Below are positions 52,734-64,000 of a DNA stretch of 64,000 nt, one piece after another. How positions within the stretch are numbered: position 1 is the stretch's first letter; every line of letters starts with the position of its first letter. The notes under the pieces are model-generated. The model was not told where the DNA came from. It searched no databases and saw nothing but the letters and a program-made list of their open reading frames with translations. A program made the translations under genes and the position numbers. This DNA comes from the human T2T-CHM13v2.0 reference genome, Homo sapiens, in the NCBI RefSeq assembly GCF_009914755.1, contig NC_060932.1. One strand, 5' to 3'.

Positions 52734-52979
52734 CAAGGACAGAAAAGCAAACACAGCATGTTCTCACTCATAGGTGGGAGCTGAACAATGAGAACACATG
52801 GACACAGGGAAGGGAACATCACACACACGGGCCTCTCGGGGGATGGGGGTTGGGGGAGGGATAGCATTAGGAGAAATACCTAATGTAAATGATGAGTTGA
52901 TAGGTGCAGCAAACCAGCATGTCACATGTATACCTATGTAACAAACTTGCACGTTGTGCACATGCACTGAAAAAAAAAA
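52734..52979 (+). mobile_element. 5'-truncated L1PA (PA5/6-like) 3' end
   Basis: GCATGTTCTCACTCATAGGTGGG...GGGAGGGATAGCATTAGGAG...GCACGTTGTGCACATG, poly-A; 16-bp TSD AAGAATAGATGTGTGG. Confidence 0.95.
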
Positions 52980-53234
52980 AAGAATAGATGTGTGGTCTTC
53001 AGGTTCTTTCTTTCCCTGCTATGGTGAGTATGGAGGGTATGGGTTGAAATCAAGTAGGCACAAAATAGGACCAAATTGAAATACCTGAGTTACCACATGG
53101 AAGAGAGGTGCCCTAGGGCACTACTCTACTTTCAGTGTGAGCAATCTATTATGATAATAGTATATGCAAGTTTTCATATTAAGCCATTGAGATTGTATCC
53201 TATTCTGATGAGCATAAATGGCATAGGATTAGAT

Positions 53235-53325
53235 TGAGCTTGTCCAACCCATGGCCCTTGGGCTGCATGTGGCCCAGGATGGCTTTGAATGCAGCCCAAC
53301 ACAAATTTGTAAACTTTGTTAAAAC

Positions 53326-53403
<78 letters not shown>

Positions 53404-53506
53404 AGCTCATCAGATATCATTAGCATAAGTGTGTTTTATGTGTGGCCTAAGACAATTCTTTTTCTTCCAATGTGACCTGAGGAAGCCAAAAGATTGGACA
53501 GCCTTT
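53235..53506 (-). mobile_element. MER30 (hAT-Charlie) with internal (TA)n
   Basis: AGCTTGTCCAACCC...GGCTTTGAATGCAGCCCAACAC...GGAAGCCAAAAGATTGGACA; 8-bp TSD GATTAGAT/AATTAGAT. Confidence 0.88.
53328..53400. repeat. Interrupted (TA)n microsatellite
   Basis: Two ~33-bp TA tracts separated by CTCCAC. Confidence 0.95.
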
Positions 53507-54174
53507 AATTAGATGATACCCAAGATTTATTCCAGCTGTAATAGCTCTCATTCTGACCATTAGGATGAATGGAGAATGTGAACACTGTGTATAAACATAG
53601 CTCTGTCATATTTGTGCTCAATACAGAACTTAGGAGCCACTTTATAAAGGTTTTATTTTATCATAGATGTGATGATTGGGGCCATGCCAAGAGTTTTGTC
53701 CTTTTCTGTTTTTTTTAAAACACATATACGTGTGTGTACATGTATGTGTGTTATATTGATGTGAACAAAGATTTCTATTACTGCTTTTAACCAATTTTTC
53801 TTCTTATATACTCAAAGTGAGATTAACACACAATGGCTCATGGCACTAATTTTAAAAAAGTAATACCAACTTGGTGATAAGGAAAGGAAAGTGGGATAAA
53901 AAAAAGATTCAATAAGGCAAGTAATTAAATGATATCGCTTTTTTTTGCATTTAAATTCTAAAATAAGTAGACATATATGACTGTGTATAATTACAGTGTT
54001 ATGCCTAAAACAAAGATGATATGAAAATATGCACAAGTTTCAACTGATGGCAAAGTTAATCTGAACTGCAAGTATACATTTCATCAAGAGCAATCACAAT
54101 ACATAGACATACACACATATCCTCAAACTGCAAATCTATGTGAACGTTAACTATATTAATAATAGTAGAGCTAA

Positions 54175-54408
54175 ATAGCTAAGAGATTGAGTTCTGAAAT
54201 AAAACATTTTACCACCTGGGTAAACTTATAAAAGTTATTTACTATCTCTAAGACTCAATTATCTAAAATATAAAAAAGTAAATAACAGTAGTATAATACT
54301 AGGACCTATCTCATGGGGTAATTCAGAGAGGATAATTGCTAATGATCTATGAAAAGTGCCTAACATAATGCCTGGCATAGAGAAAGCACTAATAAATGTC
54401 AGCTATAG
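54175..54408 (+). mobile_element. MIR
   Basis: AAGTTATTTACTATCTCTAAGACTC...ACCTATCTCATGGG...AAAGTGCCTAACATAATGCCTGGCATAG. Confidence 0.75.
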
Positions 54409-54894
54409 ACATAGTTAAATCACCTCAAATAGAAAAGTATACCTTAGGTAATACAAGATTGTTTATCTTTCTGGCTAGCAAGACCATGTGATCTGAAGGA
54501 TGTAAAGTTACTTTTATATAGATGTGGTATTTTGTACCAGATTACTTTCTAACTGGAGAGTTTTCTATAAAGCTAAATACCTTGCCATAGTCTGAAAGTG
54601 GATATTAGTTCCTACCTTTCTCCACCCAGCCCTTCAGAGACATCACTTACTTCTTGAATGGGGCACATTACAAGTCAGATCTTCTACAGAAAGGTCCAAA
54701 GGGGTGAAATGACTGCCTTATCTTCACTTGGGATTTTCTTTCGTAAGTTCATAGTGTATATTTTTGTTGTCATTGAAAATGGATCTATTTTCTAAATGCT
54801 TAATGATGTGTAAGAAATGATCTTTTACCTATTGCACACAGTAAGTGAAAAACTGACTAAAATTAGGATTCTAACATTAAAATTAACACTAATC

Positions 54895-55202
54895 AGCCAA
54901 GCACGGTGGTTCATGCCTGTAATCCCAGTACTCTGGGAGGCCGTGGTGGGTGGATCACGAGGTCAGGAGTTCGAGACTAGCCTGGCCAATATGGTGAAAC
55001 CCCGTCTCTACTAAAAATACAAAAAAAAAAAAAAATTAAACGGGCGTGGTGGCACATGCCTGTAGTCTCAGCTACTCAGGAGGCTAAGGCAGAAGAATTG
55101 CTTGAACCTGGGAGGCGGAGGTTGCAGTAAGCTAAGATCACACCATTGCACTCCAGCCTAGGCAACACAGCGAGACTCCATCTAAAAAAAAAAAAAAAAA
55201 AA
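54895..55202 (+). mobile_element. AluSg-like
   Basis: Full dimer with A tail; degenerate TSD ...ACACTAA. Confidence 0.93.
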
Positions 55203-56500
55203 TCACACTAACCAAAAGAAAGATTGAGTGGCTATATGAATATCAGACAATGCAGACTTCAAAACAAGAAATATTGCCACATGTGAAGAGAGGTATTTAG
55301 AAATAATAAATGGGTCAATTCATTAATAAAATACAACAATTCTAAGTATATGTGCTCCTAAAACCAGAGCATTGGAAAAAAATGAAAAAAAATCTGATAG
55401 AACTAAAATGAGAAATAAACAAATCCACAATCATGATTTCTCTTTTTAAGTTCTGTCTGATTTTGAAAAAAAAAATCTGATTGAAAAAGTGTACAAGTAA
55501 ATGGGGTTAGACATTTAACAAGAAATTCTGAAATAAATGAATATTTATATATCACTCCTTACACAAAAATAAACTTCATAGAGATATTACAGACATAAAT
55601 TTAAAAGTAAGAACTATAAATATTTTACTAGAAAGAATAGAGGAAAACCTTTATGACCTTGGGTTAAGCATGTTTGGTAGACAAGAGGCAAAAAGCTCTA
55701 AGCATAAAGAACAATTTTGTGATTTATTGAACAAAATTTTTTTTAAAAAATCCAGTCGTCAAAAGATCCCATTAAGTAAATGAATGTGCAAGTCACAGAC
55801 TGAAAAAAAATTGCAAAATATTTTATTGACAGTAGACTTGTATAAAAGCTAGATAAAGAGCTCCTACACACCAATAACAAAAATAAAAACAACCCAATAA
55901 AAATGGGCAAAAGTTGTGCACAGACACTTTTTAAATAAAAACATAAAAATGGTTAATAAGCACGTGAAGTTTAACATCATTATTTATCAATGATGTGCAA
56001 ACAAAAATCACAATTAGACAGCATTTCATACTCCCTATAGTGGCTAAGATTAAAAAGGCTGACGGTATCAAATTATGGCTAGGACGTGGAGCAACTGGAA
56101 TGCTTAGACATTGCTGATGGAAACAGGAATGTCACGGTTATTGTCAGGCAGCCATTCTACTCCCTGATACTTACCTAGGAGGAATGAAAAAAAATGTGAC
56201 TACAGAAATATTGTCTAAATTGTTTCTAGAAGCCTGATTTTTAATAACCAAAACCCAGAAACAGATCAAGTATTCACATACAGGTAAACAGATAAATTGT
56301 GGTATAGTGAAACAATAGAGTATTACTCAAAAAGAAATTAGAGTAAATTGGTTATACACATTTAACATGAATGAATTACCAAAGCACTAAATTGAGTGAA
56401 AGGAGGCAGATATAAGAGAAAAGATAATGTAGATTTCATTTTTATATGAAATCTCCTAACAGTCAAATCTAATCCATGTTCCCAGAAATCAGAAACCAGT
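55203..56500 (+). mobile_element. Fragmented old L1 (ORF2 endonuclease piece plus L1ME-type 3' end)
   Basis: TATCAGACAATGCAGACTTC...AAATGGGTCAATTCA...; ACAACCCAATAAAAATGGGCAAAAG...GGACGTGGAGCAACTGGAA. Confidence 0.75.
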
Positions 56501-56679
56501 TCACAATTCTTTCCTTTGCTAATCCTATTTACTGGTGATCTTACCACATACATTTTTCGTACAGCGGACTTTTTCTTTTTCTTTTTGTAGTTCCCATTTC
56601 AACTCCCTTCCTTTTTTAAGCCTGTTTTTAGATTTCTACTAGATACTTTAAAACACTTATTGAAAGCTGCTATCTAATA

Positions 56680-57725
56680 GATCCTCAATCTATGCAATCA
56701 TTGAATTTGCTTCTTATCTTGATTCTTTCTTAGCTTTACCTTCATGTTTCTTAACACTTCAAGTGTCTTATAATTGTTAGTGTATGTCAGGTCTTATGTG
56801 TAAATAACTGTAGAGACTGAAGTAAATAAGGCTTTTCCATGGAAAGGTCACACATTTTCTTTTCAAGGCTGCTCATGCAGAAGCCTGAGTCAATCTTGCC
56901 TGTAGTGGGGCTGAGTCTGGGCTTTATGTTTGCTTTATTTAGATTATGAACACCACTGGCTTCTAATGATTTCAGATCAGAATTAGCAACTTCTTCTCAA
57001 CTGGCTGGGGATCTGAGCACCAGGGAGGCTCTGGAGATCTCTTTGTGGTTTATAATCCAACCGCCAGTTTTCTAAATATGTAAAATATCTCTCTGCATTA
57101 CACTCTGCCAGATTTTTGAGTTTCTGGGGAGTTCCCCCCTTTTCTCAAGGATGTCCCTGGCTTTCTGATTTCTTGGGAGATTAATCTCTTCCCTGCTGTC
57201 TTGTTCAGCCTTTAGAGGCCGGTTCGTGATTTGACGGCCTGGAGAGTCCCCAAAGGAATTCTCTCTTTCCCCAACTCCGCTTTCGGCATCTTCTGCCCTG
57301 CACTCTGCTCCAATCTTTGTCATCCATTGCTTCATACTTTGTGTTGGCCTGAAGTACTCAAAGAGGTTTCTCAGTTCTCACCCTGAATGCCTGTAGATAT
57401 GTCCAGACTCATTGTGTGGCCAGAGTTCCTTGAGATTGCAAATCTCCACATCAGCTCACTCTGCCATTAAAACTTCATTAAACCTTGAGATGATTTCTCC
57501 TTCTCCATCTATGGTGAATTCTGCCTTTTGCCAGACAATACAGATAAAAGCAACAGAGGCGCTCTTCTTATTTAGAAGGGCTTGTTATTCTCTGGAATTT
57601 AGTTCATTTAGACATTCTCATCCTCAGATTTCTAATGGGTTCTTTGATCTTAACAGCTATAATTTTGCAGTTTATTCTGCTTCTAGTGAGATTGACAGAT
57701 TCTTACTCCTTTTTACATCGTAATC
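56680..57725 (-). mobile_element. Old L1M 5'-region fragment
   Basis: AACTGTAGAGACTGAAGTAAATA...CTGAGTCAATC...GGGCTGAGTCTGGGCTTT resembles antisense L1M 5' ends. Confidence 0.45.
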
Positions 57726-58661
57726 AAAAGCCTATACTTTCATATTGCCACTATCGTTATTTAATTTATTACTACCCAGGTTAGGTGTTGTCAAAGAATG
57801 GCCTGCATGACAAATCCAACTACCCCTATGTTTCTATATCCTTCAAGCTAAGTCTGGCCCTTTATATGAAATGTTCACTAACCCCCAACCTAGACTATGA
57901 CATGTTCTGTGTCATAGGATGGTTTTATCTTTCCCGTTTAAAAGAAGGATATTCATTTTGTAGTGTGTTTGCACACATGGAGCAGGAAAAGGAATGTTGT
58001 GGAGAGAAGAGAAGAATGTGTGAGCGGGACAAAGAGATTGTGCAGGCCACACATGCTGTCTTTGGGACAGCTTTCCTTTGGCTTCAAATTAAAGAGGCAT
58101 GTAAGAGCTGTAACATCTCTTTGACATGATTTTCTGGAACAGTTGTTTTGGCATTTGGACTGAGGATATAGTTTTGGCCAACCAATGTTGTCATATTTTG
58201 AGGACGCTTTATCTCTACCATAAGGAATCTTAGTCCTGAAAGCCCTTTCTCAGTAACAATGGTGCTACAAACAGGATTAACTCTGTATGTACTCTGTGAA
58301 GAGAAGTCACTGGCTCAGCATCCCAGTTAAATGACTTCATGTCTGGGCTTACCAGAAATGCCTGCTGTTTTGATGTCTGTGCTGCAGAGATGGGGTCCTG
58401 ACAGACACAATGCCCCTTTATCTAAAGCCATTCAAATCCTTTTTCCTGTCCCCTTCCTTAGTTATCTCTGCTCCAGATGACTAGGTGATGGCTGCTGAAA
58501 ATAGAGTAGAGAAGAGGTCACTGTCACTGTGGTCAGGAGCACATCATTTAAACATGTGAAAGGGAAGCTTGAAATCTGTCAATTCCATATTCCTCACTTT
58601 GCTTTCTTGTGCTTATGAATATATATGTCCACAATCATTTGCTATGTTTAAGAAAGCAGGA

Positions 58662-58833
58662 AGACCAGGTACAGTGTCTCACACCTGTAATCTCAACACT
58701 TTGGGAGGCCAACGCAAATCCAAGGAGGATTGCTTGAGCCCAGGAGTTTGAGATGCCAGTGCACTATGATTGTGCCACTACACTCCCGCCTAAGCAACAG
58801 AGCAAAACCCTGACTCTAAAACCAAAAAGAAAA
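58662..58833 (+). mobile_element. FRAM-like Alu monomer
   Basis: CACCTGTAATCTCAACACTTTGGGAGGCC...GGAGGATTGCTTGAGCCCAGGAG...CTATGATTGTGCCACTACACTCC. Confidence 0.8.
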
Positions 58834-59226
58834 GCGAATTGTAGCTTTTCTCCTGTCACCAATTAATGAATGTTTACTGAGCATTTATTAAGTGCTAGGA
58901 CTTCTGGGGGATGTTGCCTTCTAAACCTTCCAATATTCTTGTTGCCATAATGGCTGTTCATACACCTCTTTTTATACATCCTCATCGCATCCTTATAAGT
59001 CACCAATCATCATTATCATCATGATTATCACCATTGTTAGTTTTATTTTCTAAATCAGGAAAGTAGGACTGAGAGAGAATTAATAAATTGTCATGTGTTA
59101 TAGTTAGATATGTAGAACTGGAACCCAAACCAGGTCACCAGATTCTGGATCCTGAATTCTGGATTCCAGGTTCTAGCTTCTGCACCACAATTGATTCTCA
59201 AACCTATAACTTACTCTTGGGCATAC

Positions 59227-59347
59227 TTTTTTTTGGCCGGGCGGGGGGTGGGGTGGGGGGCAGGGAATGATGTCTCATTCTGTCACCCAGGCTGGAGTGC
59301 AGCGGTGCGATCTCAGCTCATTGCAACCTTCAGCTCCCGGGTTCAAT
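59227..59347 (-). mobile_element. Severely 5'-truncated Alu with a C-rich tail insert
   Basis: ~80 bp of right-arm end; 16-bp TSD TCTTG(G/A)GCATACTTTT at 59215-59230 and 59348-59363. Confidence 0.85.
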
Positions 59348-61014
59348 TCTTGAGCATACTTTTGATGAAACACATGGCAGGGTTTTCACTTTTTATTGGC
59401 TGTGAGTATACCACAGCTCTTAGAATAGATGCATTCTAGTCATGCTTGTAGAAGCCCCTTATCTAACATCTGTCCTTTGGAGCTTCAAGAATGGCTCTTT
59501 GTCAATGCCAATGAATTTGCAACCATGGAGGTTAGATCCCAAATTAATTCTTGGAATACTGCAGGAAGGAAATAGGCCATATGATTTCCAATAGAATTAT
59601 CAGCACAACATAGCACATAGATGAAAGAGTTGATGACTAAAAACAGTCCAAGTGTAAATTTTCTGGTAATATTAGGGACTCATTGAGTACTATGGATAAA
59701 AGTCTACTTAGATATCATCTCATCATATTCCATTGGTTTTTGGATAATGGATCTGAAATTCAGAGCAGTTAGGCCAAATGTCCAAAATCATTTACTTGAT
59801 TATGAGGAGACTTCATCCCTATTTTCTATCTCAAAGTCCATACTCTTTCCATAGCACTACATTGATTACACAACTGCACAATACTGTGCAATTGTCTCTT
59901 CTGCACATTTAATTTTCATAAATGAAACCGTATTCAGCACCTATCAAAAACAGACAAAAGGAAATTGACAATTTTCAAATGCAAGTACCACCACCCTGAC
60001 TTAACTCCACGAGCATGTCCTTGCGTGAGGATGAACTGTGAGTTATCTGCTTTCTCCTTGGCTAATCTTCTATCTTCTATCTCTTGGCCTCATTGTAGTA
60101 TCATACAATTTGTTAACTTTTTTTTTTTTTTGTACAAATCTAAGCCCAGTACTTCATTGCTGCTCAAAGAAACAGCAATGTCTTTGAAAACTGAAGAAAA
60201 AAACTGGCTTAGACATCTCAGAATTGAGAATTTTAGGTGCTCTGGGTCAAAAATTTCCAATAGATTTTCAAGGGAAATTGATACAAAACACAGTTTTGTT
60301 TCTTTGTATTGATTGCAGAATGAAATCTTTGCCTCTCCCTCATTTCATTTCTAGTAAATGGGGTTTTCTAATTTTTAAATTAACAACAGCCCCTTTCCTC
60401 CAGCAAAGTATGACTCAATCTTCTTAAGGGAAAAATATATTTATTAAATATTGAATCTTATTTAAGTGCTCCTTTCCTACACATAATGCTTTCTTCTCTC
60501 TCTGTGGTCATAATTGTGAGTTTAATTCATCTGGAAATTAATAATATACATTAGTCCATCTCACTTTGGCCTGATCTCTTCTTTAAATCCTTTTTTGCTT
60601 GTGGCTTATCTCCTCCACATCTAGACTTTAAGTTACTTGAAGGTGTTGTACCTTATGTCTCATTTCTGTAGTGTCTTGAGTACTCAAGGCAGCCAATAAA
60701 TACCTCCGTTAGAACACATATCTGGAAAGACACATCCCAATAGAAGTAGTATCCCAAAAGAATGAAATTTTTCCTTTTGTTAAGCACTTCAGATACATTA
60801 TTGCAAAAATGCTAAGGGCTAAACATTTTGAAGAGAAAGGGATATCTCGAATATAGAAACTGAGGCTGGGAGAGGATCAGTGAGCTGCCACAAATCAGGC
60901 TGCTAGTAAGTGTGGAGCGGGCGTCTGATTGCACCTGCCTCGTGCCAGCACAGATGTTCATGCCTCATCCGCTGATGGATCTGTGCCACTGCTGCTTGCT
61001 GAGAAGAGAGGTCA

Positions 61015-61370
61015 GGCAAGCTTTTGCACAAGCCGTTCCCTCTGCCTGGGACATCTTTCCTAAGCATTATTCATTCACCAAGATCAGGATTAAATGTCCA
61101 CTACCTCTTGAGGTGGAACCATCTTCAAGCAAAATTTGCCTTTCTCTCCCCTGGGCTCATATCTGTACCTTGTAAGAATGCATGAATTTCTTTCACTCCA
61201 TCATAGCCTTCATCAGCCTTGGTGGTAAATATTTGTCTACTTGTCTGGTTTTTTTTGTTCGTTTGTTTGTTTTTTCACTGAAATGAGAGTTCTTTCAGGA
61301 TAGAGACTGTGTTCATTCAATCTCCCTACCACCAACTCTAGCAGGTGTTTAATTTACATAATGAATTAAA
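61015..61370 (+). mobile_element. L2 3' fragment
   Basis: GCTTTTGCACAAGCCGTTCCCTCTGCCTGG...AAATGAGAGTTCTTTCAGGATAGAGACTGTG. Confidence 0.7.
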
Positions 61371-61641
61371 TTTCTCCTTTTACTATATGAATACCTTCTC
61401 ATGACTCCATTAAGGAAAAGAACAGTTCAAACCTTCCACTGGTCCACAGGATGCCTCACTGCTGTATAGACTCTAAAGTTCGGTAGACCTCAAAGATTCA
61501 TTGAGTTTGACCTGGACATTTGGAGATTGAGAGGCCATATCTCTACTGCTGTATTTTCTCCCATTAGAGAGGATAAAGGAAGCCAGTCATTCTTTCAGAC
61601 TTTGCTTTGTGAGTCTCCAAAAATGCTGCACACAAGCTTGT

Positions 61642-61840
61642 AAATGATCTCACCTCCAAAGCCCTGATGAGCTAGCTAGAGAGGATTCGTCTCTGAGGCA
61701 CTGTTTGTAATCATTAAATAGTTTCTTAGGTCTACATCCCAAAATGATCTCACCTCCAAAGCCCTGATGAGCTAGCTAGAGAGGATTCATCTCTGAGGCA
61801 CTGTTTGTAATCATTAAATAGTTTCCTAGGTCTACATCCC
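61642..61840. repeat. 100-bp tandem duplication, 2 mismatches
   Basis: AAATGATCTCACCTCCAAAGCCCTGATGAGC...GGTCTACATCCC at 61642 and 61742. Confidence 0.97.
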
Positions 61841-62684
61841 CAGGAGAGTTCCCTTGTACAGCCCTACAAGCTTCCAAACAGATAAGGGGTCATAAATTAT
61901 AACATAGATGAACAGACAAGCCCTTCAGTCACTGGCATATTTACTTCCTTTTTCTACAGTAGAGAGAAGTAGACCTCCCCTAGCCAAGATAATTCCCTTG
62001 ACATTTGCATGTGCACAGCTGGCTTTGGTGGCAGCAAGATGCCTTAGGCCCTAAGCTTTGAAGGAACTGGCAGAGAAAGTGAATTCTCTATCGTAAAGCC
62101 CTGTTAGACCTTTGTAACCTTGTGGAAAGGTGAATGATTCTGGCCTGCGGTCTATGGCAATGCCTAGGAAAGATGTCCAGTCCCAGCAGCTTAAAGCCAA
62201 AGGATGAGTGGTCACAAGATTCCAGGGACCTATAGCTTTGAAACACTAGGGCTACAGGGAGCTTTATAAACTCTCATTACTTCTCTATATCCCAGGCTTT
62301 AAGATAATGTTGATTTCTCCTTTTCCTTTCACCCCATCATAACCAATCAGGTACTAACCCCTCGGGACTGGGGACTCATTTTTGTTTGTTTTGTCTTTTC
62401 CAGTTTCCTCTGTCTCCTCTTTTCTTGTCTTCATTGCCCACAGTATGTGTTAATTTTCTAACTGAGCTCCCTGTCTCTGGTCTCTCCCTATATCCCCTTC
62501 CAATCTGTGTTCCACACGCCTGCCATTTAGCTTCCCAAACTACAGCAGAATATTGAAGAAAGAGAAAATAGTTTGAGTTGGACATACATGAATCAGGAAA
62601 TTTGCTTTACTGGGTACAAGTCCCTTGACTTCTAGGTTTCAGTGCTTCTATCTGTTAAAAAAAAATAAAAAAATAAAGCAGTAT

Positions 62685-63021
<337 letters not shown>

Positions 63022-63239
63022 TTAATATCATGAATCATGAACTTCAAACAACTAGCAGGATGTATGAAATAATGTGGATGCTCTGCTCCCTTATTAAACT
63101 AATAACATTATTATGCTAACCATTCCCCTCCTTAAAAAACCACAATGACTCCCTATGTATGAAGACATACATATATACACACAATTGCAATGAAAGGTAG
63201 TATATCTTTATATGTTATACACACTTACACAGCTTTCTA

Positions 63240-63760
63240 TATCCTGGCTACAACGACTTCTACATTGCTAGTAGAATAAAATCCAAATTCCTAACCCTAC
63301 ATTCAATTCAAAAATGAGAATCAATCCATCTATCTCTCTAGTTGTTCTTCCATTCTGCTTCTTCTATACTGGATGCTTCACCCAAATCATACAACCCACT
63401 GAGCCTCAGGCTATCTCTTTTCTATGGCTTAATTTTTGCTATTTTTTTTTTCACCTCGAAGAACACTTTTCTTGTGTCAGAGTGTTAAAATCAGCCCCAT
63501 ACTTCAAGGCCTCTTGCAGATTCCTCCTCCCTCATAAACTCAGAGTTAATCACTCTGTTGCTGAATGATATTCATAAATTATCTAACATTTCTCTGGCTT
63601 TTGTCATTTCCCTCCTTGCATTGTTGTTAATGCATACACATACCTGTTCGGTCCTTCAGAGCAGCTGCTGTGTTTTATTTAACTTCCTACCCTCAGAAGC
63701 AAGTATAGTGAATGGCACCAGCGTATGTACCCATTAAATGTTTGTTGAATTGAATAGAAC
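63240..63760 (+). mobile_element. L2 3' fragments
   Basis: TAGAATAAAATCCAAATTCCTAACC...CCTCAGGC...CCATTAAATGTTTGTTGAATTGAAT. Confidence 0.65.
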
Positions 63761-64000
63761 TAAATTAAATTATTAGATCTTGAGCAATTGTAGGGTACAT
63801 CTCATGCCTTTTAATCTTAGTGTTATCCATCTCTAATGCTGCTAAGCTTCTGTATCCAGAACCTGTAAGAGAGTTGCAAGGGTCTTATGGACAGCTGCAA
63901 TCTTGGAAGGAACCTGGATGCTCTTCACTTCACCAGTGGACCCTGCTGAGTGACCCTCCTCCCAATGGAGGGCTCAAGATGCCGCCTTTCTGTTCTAATC

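Noticed and set aside
57860-58260. Possible ancient LTR (ends ...CAGTAACA)
   Set aside because: I could not match it to a family or find the other terminus or a TSD.
61664-61700. CTGATGA followed by GCTAGC and CTGA (hammerhead core or C/D-box lookalike)
   Set aside because: There is no GAAA after the putative stem II and no stems I/III; the C-to-D distance (~22 nt) is too short for a snoRNA.

Overview
Primate (very likely human or great ape) non-coding genomic DNA: AT-rich, CpG-depleted outside young Alus, and dominated by transposon remnants. These include about 24 Alu/FLAM/FRAM copies (many with clear target-site duplications, TSDs), three large old L1 blocks, many MIR and L2 fragments, several solo LTRs (THE1, MER57/93-like, MER50/LTR43-like, LTR16, MLT1, LTR33), DNA-transposon MITEs (MER53, MER102, MER5, MER30) and simple repeats. 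I found no credible protein-coding gene. The ORF track consists of Alu, L1 and microsatellite read-throughs or chance frames. Subfamily calls come from recalled consensus sequences and need RepeatMasker/Dfam confirmation. I see no evidence of a new biological system. The best leads are a compact GATA/ONECUT/NR5A-DR1/TATA cluster at ~400-470 with possible downstream non-coding exons, a 49-bp MLT2A LTR reduced to its two termini with a perfect TSD, a template-switch hairpin inside an AluY, a pure (GGAA)15, twin AP-1 sites in an MLT1, a closely spaced inverted Alu pair, and several near-perfect local tandem duplications.
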